NCBI GenBank assembly: GCA_037446555.1 | Contig: JBBIIK010000017.1 | Coordinates: forward strand, 4,067-68,066 | Source of the DNA: Acidobacteriota bacterium | GTDB taxonomy: Bacteria > Acidobacteriota > Terriglobia > Bryobacterales > Bryobacteraceae | Direction of reading: 5' to 3' | Length of the DNA: 64,000 nt | Shown: piece by piece, positions 21,799 to 31,723 of the stretch | Layout of the letters: every line of letters begins with the position of its first letter | Numbering within the stretch: the stretch's first letter is position 1 | Notes under the pieces: model-generated | Database searches by the model: none | What the model was told of the DNA's origin: nothing | The model's input: the letters and a program-made list of their open reading frames with translations, nothing else | Position numbers and translations under genes: made by a program

Positions 21799-23420
21799 CT
21801 CTGTTCGTATACAGGCCGTCCGGCCACGTAGTGCATTCTTACACGGGCCTTCAGGATTTCCGCGTCAGGGATGGTCAAAACATCGCGGTCAAGGACGATA
21901 AAATCGGCGTATTTGCCCGGCTCGAGGGTGCCGCGCAATTTCTCCTCGAAGGCTGCATAGGCGGCGTGAATTGTCCAGGATTCGAGCGCTTCCTGGCGGG
22001 TCATTTTCTGGTCCGGCATCCAGCCTCCCGGCGGCTGGCCCTGCGCATCCTGGCGGGTGACGGAGGCATAGTAGCCGCGGAGCGGGTCCGGCTCTTCCAC
22101 TGGAAAGTCGCTGCCGTTCGGGACGGGAATTCCAAGAGCGAGGAAGCGCTTCCAAGCGTAGGCGCCGGCAACGCGGTCCGGCCCCAGGCGGGCCTCGGCC
22201 CACCGCATGTCGCTGGTGGCGTGCGTGGCTTGAATGGCCGGGATCACGGAGAAGTCCCGGAACAGGCGAAAGTCGGGCAGGGAGACCACCTGAGCGTGTT
22301 CGATGCGGAAGCGTCTGTCGTTGGGGCCGCCAAGAACCGCCGCGTAGGCGTCGAGCACGGTGCGGTTGGCGCGGTCTCCGATGGCGTGCGTGCACACCTG
22401 GAAGCCACGGGCGGCGGCCTGCCGGGCGATCTTCTCGATCTCCTCGCGCGAGGTGATCAGGAGCCCGGTATTCGTTTTCTCGTCGCTGTAGGGTTGCCAC
22501 AGCGCGGCGCCGCGGGAGCCCAGCGCGCCGTCGGCGTACAGCTTGATGGCGCGCACGGTGAGAAACGGCCCGGTCTCCGGCCCTTTCTGAAGGTACTCCT
22601 GCCACAGGGGGCCGGACCCGCCAATCATGGCGTAGATGCGGACGGGGAGCTTCCCTTCGGCGATCAGTTCGCGGTAGGCGCGGAGGTCCTCGGCCGAGAC
22701 GCCGGCGTCGTGAACGCCTGCCAGGCCGAGGCGCGCGCACTCGCGCGCAGCCAACTCCAGCTGGCGCTTGATCCGGGCGAACGAGGGCGGCGGGATCTTC
22801 TGGCGCACCAACCCCATGGCGCGGTCGATCAGGATGCCCGTGGGCCGGCCGGAGCCGTCGCGCAGGATCTTGCCGCCGGGCGGGTCGGGGGTCTTCTCCG
22901 TGACTCCTGCCAGGGCGAGCGCGCGGGAGTTGACCCAAGCGGCGTGGCCGTCGACGCGGGAGAGGAACACGGGGTGGTCCGGCGCGGCACCGTCGAGGTC
23001 TTTCGCCGCGGGGAAGGCGCCGCCCCAGTTGGTCTGGTCCCAGTTGCGGGCGACGATCCACTCGCCTGAGGGCAGGCTGGAGGCGCGCTCCTTGATATAA
23101 GCAGCGATTTCCGCCACCGTGGCCACATGGCGCAGATCGCGGGATTCAAGCAGCGCCCCGAGTCCGCGCATATGGGCGTGCGAGTCGATGAAGGACGGAA
23201 AGACGGGCGCGCCGCCGAGATCCAGCCGCCGGGTTGAGGGACCGGAGCGCGCCAGCGCCTGCTCGCCGAGCGCGACGACGCGGCCGTCCTTGACCGCCAT
23301 GGCGCTTACCGGCTGCGAGCGGGCGGTGGCGTAAATGCGCGCATTCACCACTAGCAGGTCGGCCCCCTCCGGCCCCTGCGCCCCAAGCAGCAGGGCCATC
23401 AGGACTAGAATGGGGAGCAT
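21795..23420 (-). CDS. amidohydrolase-family metallohydrolase (Amidohydro_3/YtcJ-like), exported
   Basis: Signal peptide MLPILVLMALLLGAQG. LLVVNARIY...FIDSHAHM (HxH metal site). ...CTHAIGDRA... and ...GSDFPVE are typical of this family. Confidence 0.8.
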   Translation of the reverse strand: MLPILVLMALLLGAQGPEGADLLVVNARIYATARSQPVSAMAVKDGRVVALGEQALARSGPSTRRLDLGGAPVFPSFIDSHAHMRGLGALLESRDLRHVATVAEIAAYIKERASSLPSGEWIVARNWDQTNWGGAFPAAKDLDGAAPDHPVFLSRVDGHAAWVNSRALALAGVTEKTPDPPGGKILRDGSGRPTGILIDRAMGLVRQKIPPPSFARIKRQLELAARECARLGLAGVHDAGVSAEDLRAYRELIAEGKLPVRIYAMIGGSGPLWQEYLQKGPETGPFLTVRAIKLYADGALGSRGAALWQPYSDEKTNTGLLITSREEIEKIARQAAARGFQVCTHAIGDRANRTVLDAYAAVLGGPNDRRFRIEHAQVVSLPDFRLFRDFSVIPAIQATHATSDMRWAEARLGPDRVAGAYAWKRFLALGIPVPNGSDFPVEEPDPLRGYYASVTRQDAQGQPPGGWMPDQKMTRQEALESWTIHAAYAAFEEKLRGTLEPGKYADFIVLDRDVLTIPDAEILKARVRMHYVAGRPVYEQR

Positions 23421-24339
23421 GGATGACAGTATTCCACAGGCGTCCGGGGGCAGTGCGGCAGCCTATGAAGGCTGGCGGGCCTGGGTGGCTACAGGAAGCG
23501 GCGTGGTGCTGGCGTTGCTGTTCCTGGTGGCGGGGATCTGGAAGCTGAGCGACCCGTTCGCGACGGAGGCGCGGATGACGCAGGCGCTGATTCCCAAGCC
23601 GCTAGCGATGCCTGTGGCGCTATTGGCCGGGATTGGCGAGACTTGGGCGGGCGTGCTGCTGCTGGTGCCGCGGTGGCGGCGGTGGGGCGCGTGGCTGGCG
23701 GGCGCGGCGCTGGTTGCTTTCATGGCGTATTTCGGCGTGTTTTACAGCCAGTTGCGAGGTGCTGATTGCAGCTGCTTCCCGTGGCTGAAGCGGGTGGTGG
23801 GGGTCGAGTTCTTCGTCTCGGACGCACTGATGCTGGCGGCGGCGGCTCTGGCGGGCGCATGGTCGGCCCGGTCCACGAGCCTGAAGCAGGCGGGCATGGC
23901 GCTGGCGGCGATCGTGGTGATGGCTCTGGCCGTGTTCGGCGCCACACTGGCGCAGCGCTCCGGAGTCCAGGCACCCGCTGCGATTCAGGTGGACGGCAAG
24001 CCGTTTGCGCTCCGGCAGGGGCGGGTGATCCTGTACTTCTTCGATCCCGAGTGTATGCACTGCTTCCACGGGGCGCAGCAACTCGGGTCTTACAACTGGA
24101 AGGACGTGCGAGTGGTGGTGGCGCCAACCGTGAATCCGCAGTGGGCGACGGCGTTCCTGCGTGACACGGGGCTGCGCGCCGGAGTGACCTTCGATGCCGC
24201 CATGCTGCGCCAGACGTTTCAGTTCGGCGATCCGCCCTACGGCGTGGCGCTGGACGGCGGGCGCGTGGCCTACAGTTTCACGTTTGCGGAAGGGGAGGAC
24301 GTGGCGGGCACGCTGAAGCGGATGGGGTGGATCGAGTGA
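23410..24339 (+). CDS. MauE/DoxX-type membrane domain fused to thioredoxin-like (CxxC) domain
   Basis: Four TM helices containing GADCSCFPWL (MauE-like CxC). The C-terminal RVILYFFDPECMHCFHGAQQL is a thioredoxin-fold CxxC. Start at ATG 23410 or 23419; the track start 23335 lies antisense inside the amidohydrolase gene. Confidence 0.65.
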   Translation: MGSMDDSIPQASGGSAAAYEGWRAWVATGSGVVLALLFLVAGIWKLSDPFATEARMTQALIPKPLAMPVALLAGIGETWAGVLLLVPRWRRWGAWLAGAALVAFMAYFGVFYSQLRGADCSCFPWLKRVVGVEFFVSDALMLAAAALAGAWSARSTSLKQAGMALAAIVVMALAVFGATLAQRSGVQAPAAIQVDGKPFALRQGRVILYFFDPECMHCFHGAQQLGSYNWKDVRVVVAPTVNPQWATAFLRDTGLRAGVTFDAAMLRQTFQFGDPPYGVALDGGRVAYSFTFAEGEDVAGTLKRMGWIE

Positions 24340-24360
24340 CAGGCCGAGGGCTGAACGGTC

Positions 24361-24834
24361 TCAGCCCTGCATCTGGAGCCCGCGGCGGCGGGCGTATCGA
24401 AGGCCCAATTCGCGCAGCCGTTCGGGGCTGAGCCATTGCCGCACGAGTTCGAACAGCGAACGCTCTTCGACGGCGAAGTGTTCGCGGGCAAGTTTCACCA
24501 GGCGGGCGAGCGAGGCGCGGGCGCGGGAAGCGTGCCTCTGGTGTTTCAGCTCGTCGAGGACGCGGCGCATTTCCTGATGTTCGCCGTACATGGCCTCCAG
24601 CGTGGCGCGCACTCCGGAAGGCAGCTCGCCAAGGGCGCCGAACAAAAGCTGGTCCTCTTCCACCGCGTGCGCCTGAAGCACGGCCTCCAGAGCGGCGCCG
24701 CATTCCTTCAGTTCGCGCAGGCTCATGGAAGCGAGGCGGCGCTCCTGATGCTGCATGAGTGCAAGGATGCAGCCGTGCTCTCCCAGAAGGAGATCGACCA
24801 GATCCGCGCCAGCCTGGATCTTCACCGTTGCCAT
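24361..24834 (-). CDS. hemerythrin (HHE cation-binding) domain protein
   Basis: Repeated H...E pairs are spaced as in hemerythrin-like domains: LLGEHGCI, HAVEEDQLLF, YGEHQEMRR, AREHFAVEERSLF. ATG 24834 (MATVKIQ) was chosen; the upstream part of the track ORF is Arg-rich nonsense. Confidence 0.7.
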   Translation of the reverse strand: MATVKIQAGADLVDLLLGEHGCILALMQHQERRLASMSLRELKECGAALEAVLQAHAVEEDQLLFGALGELPSGVRATLEAMYGEHQEMRRVLDELKHQRHASRARASLARLVKLAREHFAVEERSLFELVRQWLSPERLRELGLRYARRRGLQMQG

Positions 24835-24936
24835 TCCGAAGGGATGCCTCTCATTTTGCCAGAATCCGGTCTGATTCACCAGGAACGGGCGGCGACCCCG
24901 GCCAGGGCGTTTTGATAGCATGGCGGATGCACAGCC

Positions 24937-26004
24937 ATGACAAGGGTGTTCCGGGCGGCCGGAATGGCCGCGGCCGTGCTTCTGCTGGCGGAGGTGGCCG
25001 CGGACGGATTCCAGCGGAGGAAGAAGAAGGAGCAGGAAGAGATCACGCAGACTTTGGAGCTGCCTCCGGACCCGCCGCTGGCGACGGCGGCGGATCCGTC
25101 GAGGCTGGCATTCGCCGCGGCGCCGCTCTCGGCGCGCGGGTTGCTGTCCCAACAGACACGGGACGCCCTGCGCGTGTTGATGCAGAATGCGCGGGGAGCG
25201 CGGTTCGTGCGAATCCGCGCCTTTGTGGCGGGCACGGGCGATCTAAGGCGCGTGCAATCGATCGTGGCCGAGACCTTTGCCGAGAAGAGGCAGCCGCTGC
25301 CAGTGCTGGCGGTGACGCAGGTGGGGCTGCTGCCGCTGGACGGGGCGCAGGTGCAGATGGAAGCCACGCTCGAGCAACGCAAGGCGACCGGCGCGGGCGT
25401 GCTGTTTGCGGCCGTGACGGCGGATGGGCCGGCGGCAGCCATGGAGGCGGTCGAGCGGGAGTTCCAGGCTGCGGAGACCGCGCCGGTCGCGCCGGTTTCC
25501 CTGCTATGCGGGGTGTCGGAGGCGGAGCTGATCGAGCCGCTGCGGATGGCGGTGTACCGCGCACGTCCGCGCGCCGCGTTCATCGTTTTTCAGCGGCAGA
25601 GGATTCCGGCGCCGCCGAAGGTGGCTTGCCAGGCGTCTGCCGTGACGGGCCGCCCCGTGCCGGGAGGCGTGCGGCGCACGCCCGCGTCAGTGGCTCTCAG
25701 CGTGCCGAAGGTGGTCTTTACAGGGGCGCAGCTGGCGTTTCGATATGAAGAGAGCGACGCGCGGCTGGCCTACCAGCGTCTGGACCGCACGCTCCAGCAG
25801 GCTGGCGCGTCCTTGAAGTCTGTCGCCGTGCTGAACATTTATCCGTTGTCGGAGCAGCTAGCCGGACTGGCGGCGCGCATCCGCGGCGAGTTTGTCGATT
25901 CGGCCCAACCGCCCTCCGGGCTGGTGATGCCCGCCGAGGGGCTGCCGTCCATCGACGGCGCCTTCGCTCTGGAGGCCGTGGCCCTGCCGGCGGCTGGCCA
26001 TTGA
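24937..26004 (+). CDS. signal-anchored protein with two RidA/YjgF-like domains
   Basis: N-terminal hydrophobic segment ([16 protein letters not shown]) followed by KKKEQEE. Two segments resemble RidA-family ends: (RIRAFVAG...[12 protein letters not shown]) and (VLNIYPLS...[15 protein letters not shown]). Confidence 0.45.
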   Translation: MTRVFRAAGMAAAVLLLAEVAADGFQRRKKKEQEEITQTLELPPDPPLATAADPSRLAFAAAPLSARGLLSQQTRDALRVLMQNARGARFVRIRAFVAGTGDLRRVQSIVAETFAEKRQPLPVLAVTQVGLLPLDGAQVQMEATLEQRKATGAGVLFAAVTADGPAAAMEAVEREFQAAETAPVAPVSLLCGVSEAELIEPLRMAVYRARPRAAFIVFQRQRIPAPPKVACQASAVTGRPVPGGVRRTPASVALSVPKVVFTGAQLAFRYEESDARLAYQRLDRTLQQAGASLKSVAVLNIYPLSEQLAGLAARIRGEFVDSAQPPSGLVMPAEGLPSIDGAFALEAVALPAAGH

Positions 26005-26044
26005 TCTTCATCAGTTCTTCAGACAGAAAGCGAGGTACTTATTC

Positions 26045-27079
26045 ATGTCCCAGGCACCGGTTGTGACGTTCGGGGAGATCATGCTGCGGCTGGCGCCGCC
26101 CGGTTTCGAACGGCTGCTGATGTCGCCCACGCTGGTGGCCACCTTTGGCGGCGGCGAGGCCAACGTGGCCGTTTCGGTGGCCAACTACGGCCATCCGGCG
26201 CGCTATGTGACGGTGCTGCCCGACAACCCGATCACGGACGCATTCGTCTACCAGATGCGCGGTTTCGGGATCGACACTTCGTTCATCAAGCGCGCGTCCG
26301 GGCGGTTTGGCATCTACTTCGTCGAACCGGGCGCCAACCAGCGCCCGTCGAAAGTGGTCTACGACCGCGCCCATTCCGCCATCGCCCTGGCCAAGCCCGG
26401 GGATCTGGACTGGAAGGCGATCTTTACCGGCGCCGGCTGGTTCCACGTCACCGGCATCACCCCGGCGCTGTCGCAATCGGCGGCGGATCTGGCTCTGGAA
26501 GCGGTGAAGACGGCGCGCGAGATGGGCGTGCCGGTCTCCTGCGACCTCAACTACCGCAAGAACCTGTGGAAGTACGGCAAGACGGCGCAGGAGGTGATGA
26601 CGGAGACGGTCCGCTACGTCGACTACGCCATCGCCAACGAGGAAGACTGCCAAAAGTCCCTGGGCATTCAGATCGATGTGGACGTGCATTCGGGCAAGCT
26701 GGATCAGCAGCAGTACCAGAAGCTGGCGGAGAAGGTGCTGGCGGCGTACCCGAACCTGAAGCTGATCGCCATCACGCTGCGCGAGAGCTACTCGGCGTCG
26801 CACAACGGTTGGTCCGCTTGCCTGCACGACGGCAAGCAGTTTCTGGTGAGCCGGCGTTACGACATCACGCACATCGTCGACCGCGTGGGCGGCGGCGACG
26901 CCTTCGCAGGCGGCCTGATCTTTGGCATCTTGCACCTGCCCTCGACGGCCGATGCGCTGGAATTCGCCGTGGCGGCGTCGTGCCTGAAGCACTCCGTGCC
27001 GGGCGATTTCAACCGGTTCACGCGAGCCGAGGTGGAGGCGCTGCTGAAAGAGGGCGGCAGCGGGCGCGTGCAACGATAG
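26045..27079 (+). CDS. kdgK: PfkB-family sugar kinase, 2-dehydro-3-deoxygluconokinase-like
   Basis: [19 protein letters not shown]...[16 protein letters not shown] is a typical KdgK N-terminus. C-terminal [13 protein letters not shown] is the PfkB signature. Confidence 0.8.
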   Translation: MSQAPVVTFGEIMLRLAPPGFERLLMSPTLVATFGGGEANVAVSVANYGHPARYVTVLPDNPITDAFVYQMRGFGIDTSFIKRASGRFGIYFVEPGANQRPSKVVYDRAHSAIALAKPGDLDWKAIFTGAGWFHVTGITPALSQSAADLALEAVKTAREMGVPVSCDLNYRKNLWKYGKTAQEVMTETVRYVDYAIANEEDCQKSLGIQIDVDVHSGKLDQQQYQKLAEKVLAAYPNLKLIAITLRESYSASHNGWSACLHDGKQFLVSRRYDITHIVDRVGGGDAFAGGLIFGILHLPSTADALEFAVAASCLKHSVPGDFNRFTRAEVEALLKEGGSGRVQR

Positions 27080-27088
27080 GCCGATGGC

Positions 27089-27118
27089 GCCGGGGGCCGC
27101 GCGCCGTGCGCCCCCGGC
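27089..27118. terminator. GC-rich hairpin between convergent kdgK and dsbD (possible bidirectional terminator)
   Basis: gccgggggc (27089-27097) pairs with gcccccggc (27110-27118): a 9-bp stem with a 12-nt loop. No clear U-tract. Confidence 0.35.
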
Positions 27119-27158
27119 ACGTACCGCGCAGTCTGCGGCTCTTCGGAATGGGCCTCGC

Positions 27159-29141
27159 TCAGCCTGCGCCCTTGCGCAGGAAGGCGAGGAATTCGGCGGC
27201 GTTGCGGGTGAGTCCGGGGAAGGTGGCGATCACCTTCTCGTCGGCGTCGAAAACGGCGTAGTAGGGGATCGCCACGGTCTGGAACAGTTGTTCCTGCCGG
27301 CGCTGGTTGTCCTCGCTGGCGGCGTCCGTGCCGTCCGTGTAGAGTTCCACCAGCACGAATTGCCCGAGCGCCTCAGCGATCTCGGGGCGCGGGAACATGT
27401 TGGCCTTCATCCAGTGGCAGTTGGTGCAGGCATAGCCGGTGAAGGCTGCCAGAATCCGCTTGTTTTCGGCGCGAGCGCGGGCGATGGCGCCCTGCCAGTC
27501 GTTCTTCATCCAGCGGTTGACGGCTGTGGCTGCACCCGCCTGAGGAATTGAGCCTTCAGCCGGAGCCGGGATGTAGGCTTCCAGTTCGCCCAGTCGAACG
27601 CCGAACATGCCAGGCAGGAGGCTTAACGCGAAGCCCAAGAAGAGAGTCGAGATCAGGAGGCGCCCCGGCTTCACTTCCTCGTCGCGCCTGACGCCCTCCA
27701 TCGGCAGGAGCCCCAGCAGGTATAGCCCAGGGAGGGCGAACAGCACCGCCCAGAGAGCGAGGAAGCGCTCGCGGCTGAGGATGTTCCACTGGAGAACCTG
27801 ATCGACGTTCGACAGGTACTTGAGCATCGCAGCCAAAATCACAAAGCCCAAAACGACTTTCAGGCGTGACATCCAACCGCCGCTCTTGGGCAGCTTCTTC
27901 AGGTAAGAAGGGAACAGGGCAAGGAAGAAGAACGGCGAGGAGAGCGCTGCCGAGAACGCCAGCATGCCGAGCGCAGGCTGGAGCCTGTCGCCGGTGACGG
28001 AAGCCGCCAGAAGCGTGCCCATAAACGGACCTACGCAGGCGAAGGCAGCCAGCGTGAACGTCAGCCCCATGAGTAGAGTTCCCAGCAGACCGCCGCGCGA
28101 AGACGCCATGTTCAATCTGGTGAGCAGCCCGGCCGGGACAGTGAGTTCAAACGCTCCCAGAAGACTGAGCCCGAAGACGAAGAAAACGAGGGAGATGAAT
28201 CCATTCACCCACGGGTTCGAGCCGAGCTGCACGACGGCAAATGGTCCGAGCGCCGCGCTCAAGCCGAGTCCGATGCCGGTGAACAGCACCATGATCCCCA
28301 GGCAGAACATAGCCGCCTGTTTGAACACGTGCGCGCGCGAGTCGCCCGCCTGGCTCAGGAAGAACGTCATGGTGATCGGGATCATAGGGAAGACGCACGG
28401 GGTGAAGATGGCGGCCAGCCCGAAGCCGAAAGCAATGAGCAGAAACGCACTTAATGGTTGCGCTGTCTGCGGCTTGCGCGCGGGAGCGGAGGCTGGTTGT
28501 GAGGCAGCGGGGGCGTCGGATCGCGGAGAGAAAAGGGTGAGCCCGTCGAGGCGCGCCGGAGGGGCCGCGGGCGCGCCCGGGGCGATTTCAATCTGCGCCG
28601 AAGCGGTGATGCGCCGCGGGGGCAGGCACTCCTTGTCGGTGCACAGCTGGTAGCGCATGCGCGCCACGAGTTCCGCCGCGCCAGCCGGGGCATCCGGCTT
28701 GAGGCGGATCAGGAACTGGAAAGTCGCCTGTTTGTCGTACGTTTCCGCTTCAATTCCGAAGTTCGGGTCGAACTTCCGCTCTGGCGCCGGATAGTAAATC
28801 TGCCAGGAGGCGACCGCCGGGCGATCTTCCAACACGATGGTCGTGATGATGGGACCACCCTTGGGCGTGGTCATCGAGTACATGTGCCACGGCTCGTCGA
28901 GCTTCAGTTCGAGCGCGGCGGTGAGCTCCGCCCCCGGAGGCACGCGGGGGGCGGCTGGCGTCAGCGTCCAGTGGGCGGGATGCGGGCGCTGGGCGGGCGC
29001 CGACGCGGCGGCGAGCAGCAGGAGGGCGAGAAGCCTAGCTGGCCGCCACTTGCCCGTTCTCGGCCTGCCAGCGGGCGATTTCGGTCTCGATGCGGGCGTT
29101 GACGCGCTCAGCGGCGGACTCGGTGCCGACGCGGATGGCAT
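27159..29141 (-). CDS. dsbD: thiol:disulfide interchange protein DsbD-like (N-terminal DsbD-alpha-like, CcdA-type TM core, C-terminal thioredoxin)
   Basis: TM core with [13 protein letters not shown]-terminal [12 protein letters not shown] is a CxxC thioredoxin. N-domain HWTLTP...[12 protein letters not shown]. The start is uncertain: the only in-frame ATG/GTG codons (29141, 29153, 29171, 29216) all lie inside plsX. Confidence 0.8.
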   Translation of the reverse strand: MPSASAPSPPLSASTPASRPKSPAGRPRTGKWRPARLLALLLLAAASAPAQRPHPAHWTLTPAAPRVPPGAELTAALELKLDEPWHMYSMTTPKGGPIITTIVLEDRPAVASWQIYYPAPERKFDPNFGIEAETYDKQATFQFLIRLKPDAPAGAAELVARMRYQLCTDKECLPPRRITASAQIEIAPGAPAAPPARLDGLTLFSPRSDAPAASQPASAPARKPQTAQPLSAFLLIAFGFGLAAIFTPCVFPMIPITMTFFLSQAGDSRAHVFKQAAMFCLGIMVLFTGIGLGLSAALGPFAVVQLGSNPWVNGFISLVFFVFGLSLLGAFELTVPAGLLTRLNMASSRGGLLGTLLMGLTFTLAAFACVGPFMGTLLAASVTGDRLQPALGMLAFSAALSSPFFFLALFPSYLKKLPKSGGWMSRLKVVLGFVILAAMLKYLSNVDQVLQWNILSRERFLALWAVLFALPGLYLLGLLPMEGVRRDEEVKPGRLLISTLFLGFALSLLPGMFGVRLGELEAYIPAPAEGSIPQAGAATAVNRWMKNDWQGAIARARAENKRILAAFTGYACTNCHWMKANMFPRPEIAEALGQFVLVELYTDGTDAASEDNQRRQEQLFQTVAIPYYAVFDADEKVIATFPGLTRNAAEFLAFLRKGAG

Positions 29142-30063
29142 TGCGGATCGCATTGTCGTTGGATCTCCCATGGCAGATAATGACGACTCCCTTGACGCCG
29201 AGCAGCGGCGCGCCACCGTATTCGGAGTAGTCCATGCGCTTGCGGAAGTCCTTGAGCGCCTGCCGGCTCAGCACGTAGCCGATCTTGCTGGCGACGGTGG
29301 ACTCGAAGGACTCTTTCAACATGTGTTTGATGATCTCCACCAGCCCCTCGCTCACCTTCAAAGCGACATTGCCGATAAAGCCATCGCAGACGATCACATC
29401 GGCGTGTCCGCTGTAAAGATCCCGCCCCTCGACGTTGCCGATGAAGTTCAGCGGCAGGGTGCGGATGAGCTGGGAGGCCGCCTTGGTGAGTTCGTTGCCC
29501 TTGTGCTCTTCCTCGCCGATGGACAGCACGCCCACCCGGGGCGATTCGGTGTGGAAGACGAGCCGGGAGTATACGTCGCCCATGACGGCGAACTGCGAGA
29601 GCATCCGGGGCGTGGAGTCGACGTTGGCGCCGACGTCGATCATCACCGCCGGCTTGCCCTGGATGGTGGGGAAGGGGTTGGCCAGGGCCGGGCGGTCGAC
29701 GCCGGGGATCATGCCCAGCACGGTCTTGGCGATGGCCATGACGGCGCCGGTGTTGCCGGCGCTGACCAGCCCGTCGGCTTGCCCGTCGCGCACCAGGCGG
29801 GCGGCGACGCGGATGCTCGAGTCGCGCTTGGTGCGCAGTACCTTGGCAGGATTGTCCGCCATGGTGACCACCTCGCTGGCGTGGACGATCTCGATGGACA
29901 GCTTCTTCCAGCCTTCGTGCCGGCCGAGTTCGGCGCGGAGCACATCTTCTCTGCCTACAAGGAGGACGTTGACGTCCTGAGTGCGGGCAGCGGCGACAGA
30001 TCCCTGGACTTCCGGGATGGGGGCGTGGTCGCCCCCCATTGCGTCCACGGCGATGGTCAGCAT
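29035..30063 (-). CDS. plsX: phosphate acyltransferase PlsX
   Basis: [15 protein letters not shown]... is the canonical PlsX N-terminus. 342 aa. It lies downstream of rpmF, as in most bacteria. Confidence 0.93.
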   Translation of the reverse strand: MLTIAVDAMGGDHAPIPEVQGSVAAARTQDVNVLLVGREDVLRAELGRHEGWKKLSIEIVHASEVVTMADNPAKVLRTKRDSSIRVAARLVRDGQADGLVSAGNTGAVMAIAKTVLGMIPGVDRPALANPFPTIQGKPAVMIDVGANVDSTPRMLSQFAVMGDVYSRLVFHTESPRVGVLSIGEEEHKGNELTKAASQLIRTLPLNFIGNVEGRDLYSGHADVIVCDGFIGNVALKVSEGLVEIIKHMLKESFESTVASKIGYVLSRQALKDFRKRMDYSEYGGAPLLGVKGVVIICHGRSNDNAIRNAIRVGTESAAERVNARIETEIARWQAENGQVAAS

Positions 30064-30103
30064 GCGCGGGGTGGGCGGAGCAGGTCCGCCCGGGTTCAGG
30101 GCG

Positions 30104-30286
30104 TTATTCCTGGACGACTTCAATGACCTCGCGCGTCTTGTACCACCCACAGTGAGGGCAAGCGCGGTGAGGCAGTTTCATCTCATGGCACTTCGGGCAT
30201 TCGCTCAGCCCGGCGCGCTGCAAGTGGTCGTGAGCGCGGCGCGTGGACGTACGACGCTTGGAGTGACGGCGTTTTGGGTTCGGCAT
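30104..30286 (-). CDS. rpmF: 50S ribosomal protein L32
   Basis: [20 protein letters not shown]...[20 protein letters not shown] is the L32 signature with a zinc ribbon. 60 aa. Confidence 0.95.
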   Translation of the reverse strand: MPNPKRRHSKRRTSTRRAHDHLQRAGLSECPKCHEMKLPHRACPHCGWYKTREVIEVVQE

Positions 30287-30401
30287 GGGACTCGTTCCTG
30301 GAATCTCCCGTCCCGGCCCTCAGCCGGAACCGGATGACAGGTAAGACTTTCTCATTGTAGCCGATCCGGGCGGGGAGTGTCATCTTTTCGCGCCTGCTAC
30401 A

Positions 30402-30440
30402 GGGATTCCGGCTCCGGGGTACAGCCCTTCCGGGATTCCG
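30402..30440 (+). promoter_or_regulatory. 9-nt direct repeat GGGATTCCG x2, 30 nt apart, in the rpmF/gpgS-like divergent intergenic region
   Basis: gggattccg occurs at 30402-30410 and 30432-30440, 46-84 nt upstream of the 30486 ATG. Function is unknown; it is a candidate regulator site. Confidence 0.25.
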
Positions 30441-30485
30441 CCTGAGGGGAGGGCACGGGACACTGGTACGGAAAGGAGCAGATCC

Positions 30486-31718
30486 ATGTCCGACTTCATG
30501 CAGGCGGGGAGCATCACCACAATCCACACGCTGAAGCCAGACGCATGGCACCGGTTGGACGGGGATCTGGCTCGATGGGGGCGGCGCAAGCCGCTCGGGC
30601 TGGTACTGCCGGCGCTTTACAGCGAGTTTGAAAATCCGGCGATCCACCAGATTCTGGCCGAACTGGAGAAGCTGAACTGGGTCGAGCGCATTGTCCTGGT
30701 TCTTTCCCAGGCGGACGGAGAGCAGTACGAGCATGTTTGCCGGCTCTTCGCCCGGTTTGGCGACCGCGCTACAGTTCTGTGGCGGGAGAGCGAAGAAGTG
30801 CAGGCGCTGCTGGCCGAGGTCAATGAGGCGGGTTTGCCTGCCGGGATCCCGGGCAAGGGGCGCGCTTGCTGGCTGGGCATGGGCTATCTGCTGTCGCGGG
30901 GAGACGTCGAGGTGATCGCTTTCCAGGACTGCGACATCAAGACCTACCACCGCAAGATGCTGGCGCGGCTGGTGGCGCCGCTGATGGCGCCTGACCTGGG
31001 CTTCGAGTTTGCGAAGGCGTACTACGCACGCTTCAACCACAAGTTGAACGGGCGTCTGACGCGCCTGATGGTGGGGCCATTGCTGGTGGCGCTGCGCCGC
31101 TGCGGGGTTTCTTCCCGGTTCCTGGATTACCTGGGCTGGTTCCGGTATCCGCTATCGGGCGAGATTGCAATGGATGCGCGGGTGGCGCACTCGATCACGG
31201 TGTCCCCCGACTGGGGGCTGGAGATCTCCACTCTCGAACAGGTCTACCGCCGCGTGCCAGCATCGCGGATCTGCCAAGTGGATGTGGCCGAGTGTTACGA
31301 CCACAAGCACCAGGTGGTGTCTGCCTCTGACCCTGCCCGGGGGCTGCACCGCATGGCGCGGGAGGTGGCGCAGGCGATCTTCCGCGGAGCGGCGGCTGAC
31401 GGCGCAGTGCTCTCCAGCGAGATGCTGACCGGAACACTGCCCTTGGCCTACCGCGCCGAGGCGTTGGATGTGGTGATGAAGTACCGCGCCGACGCGCTGA
31501 TGAACTCGCTCGACTACGACCTGCGCGCCGAGACCGAATCCGTGGAGGTTTTCGCGCGGGGACTGGAAGAAGCTGCCAACGAGTTTCTGAGCGAGCCGGC
31601 GGGGCGTCCCCCGCTGCCGAGCTGGCGGGAAGTGGAAGCGGCGCTGCCCGGCATCCACGAGCGGTTTGACGCCGTCCATGCGATCGGGGACGTCTGGCAG
31701 GAACAGGCCACAGCCTGA
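30486..31718 (+). CDS. glucosyl-3-phosphoglycerate synthase-like glycosyltransferase
   Basis: AAGGAG lies 8 nt upstream. GT-A-like LVLPALYSEF..., IAFQDCDI (DxD-type) and KAYYARF..GRLTRL resemble GpgS/MpgS-type (GT81-like) enzymes. It neighbours a mannosyl/glucosyl-3-phosphoglycerate phosphatase-type HAD gene. Confidence 0.6.
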   Translation: MSDFMQAGSITTIHTLKPDAWHRLDGDLARWGRRKPLGLVLPALYSEFENPAIHQILAELEKLNWVERIVLVLSQADGEQYEHVCRLFARFGDRATVLWRESEEVQALLAEVNEAGLPAGIPGKGRACWLGMGYLLSRGDVEVIAFQDCDIKTYHRKMLARLVAPLMAPDLGFEFAKAYYARFNHKLNGRLTRLMVGPLLVALRRCGVSSRFLDYLGWFRYPLSGEIAMDARVAHSITVSPDWGLEISTLEQVYRRVPASRICQVDVAECYDHKHQVVSASDPARGLHRMAREVAQAIFRGAAADGAVLSSEMLTGTLPLAYRAEALDVVMKYRADALMNSLDYDLRAETESVEVFARGLEEAANEFLSEPAGRPPLPSWREVEAALPGIHERFDAVHAIGDVWQEQATA

Positions 31719-31723
31719 GACGG

